64,000 bases of DNA. Origin: Chloroflexota bacterium. Lineage in GTDB: Bacteria > Chloroflexota > Limnocylindria > Limnocylindrales > CSP1-4. The stretch is taken from assembly GCA_016781485.1 (NCBI GenBank), contig JADDQH010000003.1:5384-69383 (forward strand). Reading direction: 5' to 3'. Below are positions 1 through 7,907 of this stretch, in pieces. The stretch's first letter is position 1; every line of letters starts with the position of its first letter. The notes beneath the pieces are model-generated. The model was not told the origin of the DNA, did no database searches, and saw only the letters and a program-made list of their open reading frames with translations. Position numbers and translations under genes: made by a program.

Positions 1-8
1 GAGGCCCG

Positions 9-434
9 TTGCATCGAGCCGTTGCACCGACCTCTCTTCTTGCCATCGCCCTCGCCTTGAGTGCCTGCGGAGGAACCGCGGCGGTGGACATCAGGGAAGG
101 CCAGTGCTTCAACGGCGGCGGAGAGGAAGAGGTCGCCGAAGTGCAGGACGTCCCGTGCGAGGAGCCGCACGACAGCGAGGTCTACGCGGTCTTCGACTAC
201 CCGGCGCAGGAGGACGACTACCCGGGCAACGACGTCCTTCGCGACTACGGCGACGCGGAGTGCCGCGACCGGTTCGATGACTTCGTCGGCATCGACTACG
301 AGCAGTCGGAGCTCGTGATGGGCACGCTCTGGCCATCGACCGATACGTGGGCGATGGGCGACCGCGCGATCGTGTGCACCGTCTCCGCAGAAGAAGAGCA
401 GCTGACAGGCTCGATGAAGGGCTCGCGGCGCTAG
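9..434 (+). CDS. Lipoprotein with septum-formation-type Cys domain
   Basis: Signal peptide with lipobox LSA-C; GQCF...VPCEEPHDSEVY...C...PSTDTW..GDR.IVC pattern typical of Septum_form domains. Start uncertain near the window edge. Confidence 0.7.
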   Translation: MHRAVAPTSLLAIALALSACGGTAAVDIREGQCFNGGGEEEVAEVQDVPCEEPHDSEVYAVFDYPAQEDDYPGNDVLRDYGDAECRDRFDDFVGIDYEQSELVMGTLWPSTDTWAMGDRAIVCTVSAEEEQLTGSMKGSRR

Positions 435-476
435 GGAACGACTCGAACCCTACCTTTGCCGCGGCCTCGCGGTCGT

Positions 477-3400
477 CTAGCCTCCCAGCTCGAGCTCGAC
501 CAGCCCGTCGCCGAGCCTCCGCCGGATCGCCGCGAGCAGATCCCCGTCATACGCCACGCCCTGGCGCAACTCCATCGGCTGGTCGCGACCGGGCCCTGCT
601 GGGACGTGGAGGACGACCTTCGTCTCGCCGGGATGAGTCGCGAACAGGTCTCGGAGCGCCGAGAACGCGCCGAGGACGGCATCCTGCCCGGTCAGCCGGA
701 ACCGGACGTGGAGCGATCGGCCGGGAGGCGCCTGTAGTGGCTGGGTCGGAGCCGCCTCGTCGGCCACGACCCGCCGACGCGCCTCGTCAGGCAGCGGCGG
801 TTCGTCCTCGTGATCGGGTGAGAGCACGGCCACGGACCGAGGCTCCGCGGGCTCAGCGCGGGGCTCGACAGGCCGGGGGATCGGTCCGTCGATGACGAAC
901 TCCCGATACCCCGTCACCTCTCCGCCCCGCAGCGGTGACACGAGAGGGATCCGTCGGACTCGTGCCGGCGTGGCGGTCTGGACAGCACCGACCGGCACGG
1001 AGACAGGCGATGCGGCCGCGACGGGCACGGGCACGGGCGACCGCAACGCATCGTCATTCCCCCCGTTGCCCACGCCGTTCCCGTTGCCGGCGCCGTTCCC
1101 GTTACCGGCGCCGTTCCCGTTACCGCCGAGATGCCCATCCATGTGGGCCGGTCCGTTCCCGTTGTCCACGCCATTCGCGCGGTACCCCGGCCGGTTGGCT
1201 GCCCCGTTCGCCGCGCCGTTGCGCCAGCCGTTCCCATTCGCTGCGTTCCCGGTGCCGTTCCGGCGCCCGCGCTCGCCACTCGAGACCACGCGCGAGAACG
1301 CGTCGTCCCCCATCGTCGTCGCCTGCTCCCACGTCCAGACGCTGTCTGCGAGGAGGACGGATTCCTCCCCCTTGTGGTCCACGCGACCGGCGACGACCAG
1401 GATCGCTTCCTCCTGCCAGAGTCCGTCGGTCGTGTCCAGCGTCTTCGGGAAGACGACGACCTCGAGCGTCCCCTGGAGGTCCTCCAGTGAGACGCGAGCC
1501 ATCATGGAGCCGGACCGCGTCGGCTGGCGCCGGATGGCCGTAACGATGCCGGCGACCACGACCCGCTGCTGATCGAGCTCCTCCCCCATCTCCCCGCTGT
1601 ACGCGGTCACGTAGCGACCGATCTGGTCGGCGAGCTCGCCCAGCGGATGGTCGCTCAGGTACAGACCCAGCAGCTCCTTCTCCCAGCGGAGCCGCTCCCG
1701 CAGCGGGGCTTCGGTCGCCACGGGGAGCCGGCGCTCCATCGGGGCGTCGTCCACGACCGCGTCGAACAGCGACGTCTGCCCCGTCAGCCGGTCGCGCTGG
1801 GCCGCCTGCCCCGCTGCCATCGCGTCATCGAGCGCGAGCAGGAGCTGCGCGGGGTGGCCGAGCCGGTTGAGCGCGCCTACCTTGATCAGCGATTCGAGGA
1901 CCCGCTTGTTGGCGAGACGGAGGTCGATGCGGGAGCAGAAGTCTGCAAGTGACCGGAAGGCGCCGTCCGAGTCGCGCGCCTCGACGATCGACTCGATCGC
2001 CCCCTCCCCCACGTTCTTGACCGCGAGGAGCCCGAACCGGATCGCGTCCTCCTCGACCGTGAAGTCGAGCCCGCTCACGTGGACGTCCGGTGGCCGCACC
2101 TCGATCCCCATCCGGCGGCACTCCGCGACAGCCGCCGCGACCTTGTCCGCATTGTCGCGGGACGCGGACAGGACCGACGTCATGTACTCGACGGTGTAGT
2201 TCGCCTTGAGGTACGCCGTCTGGTAGGCGATGAGCCCGTAGCAGGTCGCGTGGGCCTTGTTGAAGCCGTAGCGCTCGAACGGCTGGAACGCGGCGAAGAC
2301 GGCGTCGATGACCTGGGCGGGGACGCCGCGCTCGGCCGCCTGTCGCACGAACTTCTCCCGCTGGGCGCGGAGCACCGACGACTTCTTCTTTCGGATCGCG
2401 TAGCCGAGGGTGTCCGCCTCCGGGCCCGTGAACCCGCCCAGGGCCTTCGCGGCGGACATGATGTCCTCCTGGTAGACGAAGATCCCGTACGTCTTCTCCA
2501 GGTACGGCTCGAGCAGCGGGTGGAGATAGGTCACGCGTTCCTGCCCGTGCTTGCGTCGGATGTACGCGGGGATGTTGTCCATCGGGCCGGGTCGGAAGAG
2601 CGCGACCATGGCCGCCAGGTCATGGACCGACGTCGGGCGCAGCTCCTTGACGTAGCGGCGCATGCCCGGCGACTCCAGCTGGAAGATGCCGGTCGTCTCG
2701 CCCGACGCAAGGAGCTCGAACGTCTTCGCGTCGTCGAGCGGGATGCGGTCCAGGTCGATCCGGTCGCCGCCGCGGGTCTTCTGGATCAGGTCCACGGCGT
2801 GGCGGAGGATGGTCAGGTTCGACAGGCCGAGGAAGTCGAACTTCAGCAGGCCCAGCGCCTCGACCGCGTGCATCTCGTACTGGGTCATCAGCGAGTCGGA
2901 GTTGGTCGCACGCTGGAGCGGCATCAGCTCGGTCAGCGGCTCGCGGCTGATGACCACGCCCGCGGCGTGCGTGGACGCGTTCCGGGCGACGCCTTCGACC
3001 TGCTTCGCGAGGTCCAGGAGCTTGCGGACCTGCGCGTCGCCCTCGTACGACTCCTTGAGCGGCGGGGAGACCTGGAGCGCCTCGTCGAGCTTGATGCCCA
3101 GCTGGTTCGGGACGGCCTTGGCGATCCGGTCGACCTCGCCGTAGCCGAAGCCGAGCACCCGCCCGACGTCGCGGATCGCGGCTCGCGCGAGCATGGTGCC
3201 GAACGTGATGATCTGGGCGACGTGATCCGATCCGTACTTCCGGGTGACGTACGCGATGACCTCATCGCGCCGCGAGTCCTCGAAGTCGACGTCGATGTCC
3301 GGCATCGTCACCCGCTCGGGGTTCAGGAACCGCTCGAACGGCAGGTCGTAGCGGATCGGATCGACCGGAGTGATGCCGAGCGTGTAGGTGACGAGTGAGC

Positions 3401-4493
3401 CGGGCGCGCTGCCGCGGCACGTGGTCGCGATCCCCTGCTCGCGCGCGAAGCGGGTGAAGTCGGCGACGATGAGGAAGTAGCCGGCGTACCCCATCTCGGT
3501 GATGACGCGCAGCTCGTAGTCGAGGCGGTCGCGCAGCTCCTGGGTCGGCTCACCGTACCGCTCCCGGAGACCCCGCTCGCACTCGGCGCGGAGCCAGCTC
3601 TCGACCGTGTGGCCGTCCGGGACCGGGAACTGGGGCAGGCGCAGCTGTCCGAAGCTGAACTCGAGCTTCGTCATCTCGGCGATCCGTCGCGTGTTCGCGA
3701 TCGACTCGGGCACATCGCGGAACGACTCGACCATCTCGGCCGCGCTCTTGAGGTAGAAGTCCTGGGTCTCGAAGCGCATCCGCCCGGGCGTGTCGAGGTT
3801 GGATGCCGTCCCGACGCATAGCAGCACGTCGTGGGCCTCGGCCTGGCTCTTGTGGACGTAGTGGAGGTCGTTCGTGGCGACGAGCGGCAGGGCCGCCTCG
3901 GGCGCGAGGCGCAGCAGCCGCTCGTTCAGCCGGCGCTGCTCGGGAAGCCCGTGGTCCTGGAGCTCGAGGAAGAAGTTCCCCTTCCCGAAGATGTCGCCGT
4001 AGGCGCCGGCGAGCCGTCGCGCGCTCTCCCAGTCGTCCGTCTCGAGCGCGCGAGGGATCTCGCCGTTCAGGCAGGCACTGAGGCCGATCAAGCCCTCGGC
4101 GTGCTGCGCGAGGTAGTCGCGGTCGATGCGGGGCTTGTAGTAGTAGCCGTCGAGGTGGGCGTCGGTGACGATCCGGCACAGGTTTCGGTAGCCGGTCCAG
4201 TCCTTCGCGAGGAGGATGAGGTGGAACGGCTGGGCGTCCGCCTTGCCCTCCCGGTCGGCCATCGAGCGTCGGGCGATGTACGTCTCGACGCCGATGATCG
4301 GCTTGATCCCCTTGTCCCGTGCCGCCTGGTAGAACGCGACGGCGCCGTAGAGCGCGCCGTGGTCGGTCAGCGCGAGCGAATCGAAGCCGTGCGCGGCCGC
4401 CTGATCGACGAGGTCCGGGATCCGCCCCAGCCCGTCGAGGAGGCTGAACTCGGAGTGCGTGTGAAGATGGACGAAGTCGTTCGGCGCGGTCAC
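477..4493 (-). CDS. dnaE: DNA polymerase III alpha subunit
   Basis: PHP motifs HLHTHSEFSLLDG and TDHG; catalytic PDIDVDF; RGSAPGS; FNKAH; OB fold. Start placed at GTG 4493 (TAGTCT hexamer 8 nt upstream); the ORF extends to 4511. Confidence 0.97.
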   Translation of the reverse strand: MTAPNDFVHLHTHSEFSLLDGLGRIPDLVDQAAAHGFDSLALTDHGALYGAVAFYQAARDKGIKPIIGVETYIARRSMADREGKADAQPFHLILLAKDWTGYRNLCRIVTDAHLDGYYYKPRIDRDYLAQHAEGLIGLSACLNGEIPRALETDDWESARRLAGAYGDIFGKGNFFLELQDHGLPEQRRLNERLLRLAPEAALPLVATNDLHYVHKSQAEAHDVLLCVGTASNLDTPGRMRFETQDFYLKSAAEMVESFRDVPESIANTRRIAEMTKLEFSFGQLRLPQFPVPDGHTVESWLRAECERGLRERYGEPTQELRDRLDYELRVITEMGYAGYFLIVADFTRFAREQGIATTCRGSAPGSLVTYTLGITPVDPIRYDLPFERFLNPERVTMPDIDVDFEDSRRDEVIAYVTRKYGSDHVAQIITFGTMLARAAIRDVGRVLGFGYGEVDRIAKAVPNQLGIKLDEALQVSPPLKESYEGDAQVRKLLDLAKQVEGVARNASTHAAGVVISREPLTELMPLQRATNSDSLMTQYEMHAVEALGLLKFDFLGLSNLTILRHAVDLIQKTRGGDRIDLDRIPLDDAKTFELLASGETTGIFQLESPGMRRYVKELRPTSVHDLAAMVALFRPGPMDNIPAYIRRKHGQERVTYLHPLLEPYLEKTYGIFVYQEDIMSAAKALGGFTGPEADTLGYAIRKKKSSVLRAQREKFVRQAAERGVPAQVIDAVFAAFQPFERYGFNKAHATCYGLIAYQTAYLKANYTVEYMTSVLSASRDNADKVAAAVAECRRMGIEVRPPDVHVSGLDFTVEEDAIRFGLLAVKNVGEGAIESIVEARDSDGAFRSLADFCSRIDLRLANKRVLESLIKVGALNRLGHPAQLLLALDDAMAAGQAAQRDRLTGQTSLFDAVVDDAPMERRLPVATEAPLRERLRWEKELLGLYLSDHPLGELADQIGRYVTAYSGEMGEELDQQRVVVAGIVTAIRRQPTRSGSMMARVSLEDLQGTLEVVVFPKTLDTTDGLWQEEAILVVAGRVDHKGEESVLLADSVWTWEQATTMGDDAFSRVVSSGERGRRNGTGNAANGNGWRNGAANGAANRPGYRANGVDNGNGPAHMDGHLGGNGNGAGNGNGAGNGNGVGNGGNDDALRSPVPVPVAAASPVSVPVGAVQTATPARVRRIPLVSPLRGGEVTGYREFVIDGPIPRPVEPRAEPAEPRSVAVLSPDHEDEPPLPDEARRRVVADEAAPTQPLQAPPGRSLHVRFRLTGQDAVLGAFSALRDLFATHPGETKVVLHVPAGPGRDQPMELRQGVAYDGDLLAAIRRRLGDGLVELELGG
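1074..1127 (-). repeat. Three 18-bp tandem units encoding GNGNG(A) within the DnaE low-complexity insert
   Basis: gccgttcccgttgccggc / gccgttcccgttaccggc / gccgttcccgttaccgcc. Confidence 0.9.
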
Positions 4494-4713
4494 GGACAAG
4501 GAGACTACCACTCCATCTGGTACCGCGCCCGGCTCATCCTTCTACATCTTGTGGATGAGCGGTGGACGACGCGTGGACGACGACATCGTGGCGCGCACCC
4601 CCATCCTGTTGTGCACGCGGACCGTCTTACCAGTCGACGCTGACCCCGACGCGCACCACGTTCACCTCCGCCCTCAGAGCGAAGACAAGCGTTCATGGGA
4701 ACGACAGCCGGAG

Positions 4714-4722
4714 TGCTAGACT
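4714..4722 (+). promoter_or_regulatory. Extended -10 promoter for the riboswitch/rib operon
   Basis: TGcTAGACT lies 7 nt before the riboswitch P1 strand. Confidence 0.6.
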
Positions 4723-4729
4723 CGCTGCG

Positions 4730-4891
4730 GCCTTCGGGGCAGGGTGAGAATCCCGACCGGTGGTGGTTCCCCGCATCGCGGGGAGAGCCCACGAGCCGCA
4801 CTCGCTCGAGTCGAACGGGTGTGGCAGATCCGACAGCGGTGACTGTGTCAGCGCGAACGGAGCCGACGGTACAGTCCGGATGGAAGAAGGC
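4730..4891 (+). ncRNA. FMN riboswitch (RFN element)
   Basis: P1 GCCTTC..GAAGGC; conserved blocks GGGGCAGGGTGAGAATCCCGACCGGTGGT, GCCCACGAGCC, GCAGATCCG, CGGAGCCGACGGTACAGTCCGGATGGAAGAAG; directly upstream of ribD. Downstream GCCCCGAGG (~4935-4943) is complementary to the 5' strand. Confidence 0.93.
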
Positions 4892-4973
4892 GTCTTCGCC
4901 GTGCTGCTCGGCACGAGCGTCGCTGCGTTCGCCTGCCCCGAGGTCGCGGTCCTGGTCGCACCGGAGGCAGTGG

Positions 4974-6107
4974 ATGGACGGTATGGCGCGAGCGGTGGAG
5001 CTCGCGGAGCGCGGACTGGGGCGGACCGCCCCGAACCCGCCGGTCGGCGCAGTCGTCATCGCCGATGCCTCCATCGTGGGTGAGGGCTACCACACCGCCG
5101 CGGGACGGCCGCATGCCGAGAGCGTGGCACTCGACGAGGCGGGTGAGCGCGCCCTGGGTTCCACGCTCTACGTCACGCTCGAGCCGTGCGCCCATCACGG
5201 CCGCACCCCGCCCTGCGCGGACGCGATCGTGGCGGCCGGTGTCGGGGAGGTCCGTTACGCCGTTGAGGACCCGGACCCACGTGTCCGAGGACGAGGGAGG
5301 AAGCGGTTGGAGGCCGCGGGCATCCGCGTGGTCGCCGGCGACGGCAGCGCGGCAGCGGCGAGGACGCTTCGCGGGTACCTCAAGCGGCAGGCGACCGGCC
5401 TGCCCTGGATCACGGCGAAGTACGCGATGAGCCTGGACGGGAAGATCGCGGCCCGCACCGGTGACGCGCGGTGGATCAGCGGCGACGCATCACGGCGCTA
5501 CGCGCACGAGCTGCGCGACCGCGTCGACGCGGTCGTGGTGGGCGTGGGCACGGTCCGGACCGACGATCCACGGCTCACCGTCCGTCCCGCGCCGCCGGAC
5601 GGGCGGCAGCCGCTCCGCGTCGTGGTCGACACGCGGCTCTCGATCCCGCTCGACGCCGCGCTGGTCGGTCCCGAGCTCGCCGCCGGGACACTGGTCGCGT
5701 TCGGGTCTGACCGAGCGGCGAGAGCACCCGGATCGACGGAACGCCAACGGACGCTCGAAGAACGGGGCGTCTCGCTCGTGCCCGTGCCGGAAGACCCCGA
5801 CGGCAGGGTCGATCTCTCGGCGCTCGTCTCCGAGCTCGGCCGCCGTGGGCTGTCCGAGGTTCTCGTCGAAGGTGGAGGCGAACTCCTCGCCAGCTTCTTC
5901 GGCAAGGCTCTGGTGGACGAGGTCGAGTGTTGCGTCGCGCCGATCGTGATCGGGGGCCGCGGCGCCCCCACGCCGGCCGCGGGACGCGGGGTGGACCGCG
6001 TCGCTGACGCCGGCACATGGGAGATCGTCGACCTCCTGCAACGACCTCCCGACGTCTGGCTCCGCGCGCGGCCGCGAGGACACCCAGGGAGGACAGCAGA
6101 TGTTTAG
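4974..6107 (+). CDS. ribD: Riboflavin biosynthesis deaminase/reductase
   Basis: PNPPVGAV, HAE, TLEPCAHHGRTPPC, SLDGKIA, VEGG. ATG 4974 is preceded by GGAGG; the longer ORF from 4695 overlaps the riboswitch. Confidence 0.95.
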   Translation: MDGMARAVELAERGLGRTAPNPPVGAVVIADASIVGEGYHTAAGRPHAESVALDEAGERALGSTLYVTLEPCAHHGRTPPCADAIVAAGVGEVRYAVEDPDPRVRGRGRKRLEAAGIRVVAGDGSAAAARTLRGYLKRQATGLPWITAKYAMSLDGKIAARTGDARWISGDASRRYAHELRDRVDAVVVGVGTVRTDDPRLTVRPAPPDGRQPLRVVVDTRLSIPLDAALVGPELAAGTLVAFGSDRAARAPGSTERQRTLEERGVSLVPVPEDPDGRVDLSALVSELGRRGLSEVLVEGGGELLASFFGKALVDEVECCVAPIVIGGRGAPTPAAGRGVDRVADAGTWEIVDLLQRPPDVWLRARPRGHPGRTADV

Positions 6108-7374
6108 CGGCATCGTCGAGGTGATCGCGAGCGTCCGATCCCTCCTTCACGTCGGTCCGGCGGTCCGTCTGACAGTGTCGGGGCTGCCAGCCGCGGAGGA
6201 GGTGGTCCTCGGCGAGAGCATCGCCGTGAACGGGGTGTGCCTGACCGTCGCGGGGCAGGGTGACGACGGTGATGTGACCTTCGACCTGATGCCCGAGACA
6301 CTGCACCGGACGAACCTGGGCTCCCTCGAGCCGGGGTCGGTCGTCAACCTGGAGCGTTCGCTTCGCTTCGGCGACCGGGTCGGCGGGCACTTCGTGCAGG
6401 GTCACGTCGATGGGACCGCGGAGGTCGTCTCGGTCGAACCCGAGGGTGACGCGCTGCTGGTCCGGTTCCGGCTCCACCAGCCGCGACTCGCCGCCTACCT
6501 CGTCGAGAAGGGGTTCGTCGCGGTCGACGGGGTGAGCCTGACGGTGGTCGAGACGCGCCACGAGACGTTCCTCGTCTCACTCGTCCGTACGACGATCGAG
6601 CGGACGTTGCTCGGGTCCCTGCGCACGGGCGCCGTCGTCAACATCGAGGTGGACGTCTTCGCTCGGTACCTGGTCGACCGCAGCATCCTCGCTCCCGCCG
6701 CCGGTGACGCACCGCCCTCAAGCCTGGTCGAAGAGGTCATCACCGACCTGAGGATGGGACGGCCGGTCATCCTCCTGGACGACCCGGACCGCGAGGACGA
6801 GGGCGATCTCGTGATGGCCGCAGAGTTCGCCACTCCGGAGTGGATCGCGTTCTTCATCCGGGAGGCGCGCGGTGTGCTGTGCGTCGCGATGGAAGGATCC
6901 CGCCTGGACGCGCTCGCGGTCCCGCTGATGATCGCCGAGAACACGTCTCCCCAGCGCACTCCGTTCACCGTCAGCGTCGATGCCGTCGGTACCTCGACCG
7001 GCGTCTCCGCCGCTGACCGTGCGCGGACGGTCAGGACGCTCGCGGACCCCGCCGCCCGGCCCTCCGACCTGCTTCGTCCCGGCCACGTGTTCCCGCTCCG
7101 CGCGGCAGCCGGCGGGTTGCAGGAGCGGCGCGGTCACACCGAAGCGGCCGTCGAACTGTGTCGCGCCGCGGGGCTCGCGGCTGCAGCCGTGATCGCCGAG
7201 ATCATCGAGCCCGACGGGCGGATGGCGCGCCGGCCCGAACTCGAGACGTTCGCGCGGACCCACGGCCTCCGGATCGTCTCGGTCGCCGAGCTCGCCGACT
7301 CCCTACGAGTGGACGCCGCGGCGCACCCCGCCGCGGACGGCCCGACGCCTCCCCTCCTGGCGACGATGGCATGA
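6100..7374 (+). CDS. Riboflavin synthase (alpha) fused to DHBP synthase (RibE/RibC-RibB fusion)
   Basis: N-terminal MFSGIV, NGVCLT, VNLER, GGHFVQGHVD; C-terminal DDPDREDEGDL, TGVSAADR, RPGHVFPL, RRGHTEA. Confidence 0.9.
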   Translation: MFSGIVEVIASVRSLLHVGPAVRLTVSGLPAAEEVVLGESIAVNGVCLTVAGQGDDGDVTFDLMPETLHRTNLGSLEPGSVVNLERSLRFGDRVGGHFVQGHVDGTAEVVSVEPEGDALLVRFRLHQPRLAAYLVEKGFVAVDGVSLTVVETRHETFLVSLVRTTIERTLLGSLRTGAVVNIEVDVFARYLVDRSILAPAAGDAPPSSLVEEVITDLRMGRPVILLDDPDREDEGDLVMAAEFATPEWIAFFIREARGVLCVAMEGSRLDALAVPLMIAENTSPQRTPFTVSVDAVGTSTGVSAADRARTVRTLADPAARPSDLLRPGHVFPLRAAAGGLQERRGHTEAAVELCRAAGLAAAAVIAEIIEPDGRMARRPELETFARTHGLRIVSVAELADSLRVDAAAHPAADGPTPPLLATMA

Positions 7375-7907
7375 CGGACCAGCCGGACGACCGGGGACTG
7401 ACGCTCGCGATCGTTGCCTCTCGGTTCAACGAGCAGATCGTAGATCGACTATTGGAGACGACGCTCGACGAGCTCACCCGTCTCGGGGTGTCGACCTCGG
7501 ACGTCCTGGTACTGCGCGCTCCGGGTGCCTTCGAGCTGCCCCTCGTGGCACAAGCCGTCCTGGACACGGCCGACCCTCCCGACGCGGTCATCTGCCTCGG
7601 TGCGGTCATCCGCGGCGAGACGCCGCACTTCGACTTCGTGGCGAGGTCCGCGGCAGATGGGATCCTTCGTGTCAGCCTCGACACCGGTCGGCCGGTGATC
7701 TTCGGCGTCCTGACCACCGATACCGCTGAACAGGCCCTCGACCGCGTGGACGGCCGCTACCGGCGGGGGGCCGACGCCGCCCGCGACGCGGTGACGATGG
7801 TGAGGCTCCTGGCGGCGACCCAAGGCGAGCGTCCGCGTACAGTTGCACGGATGCGAACGGGCCGCTCTGACGCCACCGACGGATCACGGGCTGGAGGAGA
7901 TGCGTGA
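7371..7907 (+). CDS. ribH: 6,7-dimethyl-8-ribityllumazine synthase
   Basis: SRFN, PGAFELP, GAVIRGETPHFD, FGVLT; ATGA overlap with the upstream stop. Confidence 0.95.
   Translation: MTDQPDDRGLTLAIVASRFNEQIVDRLLETTLDELTRLGVSTSDVLVLRAPGAFELPLVAQAVLDTADPPDAVICLGAVIRGETPHFDFVARSAADGILRVSLDTGRPVIFGVLTTDTAEQALDRVDGRYRRGADAARDAVTMVRLLAATQGERPRTVARMRTGRSDATDGSRAGGDA

Noticed and set aside
1074..1127. Tandem repeat as a CRISPR array or intein
   Set aside because: No spacers, it is an in-frame coding repeat, and there are no intein terminal motifs or cas genes.
4695..4973. 93-aa N-terminal extension of RibD in the ORF track
   Set aside because: It spans the promoter and FMN riboswitch; the SD-supported start is 4974.
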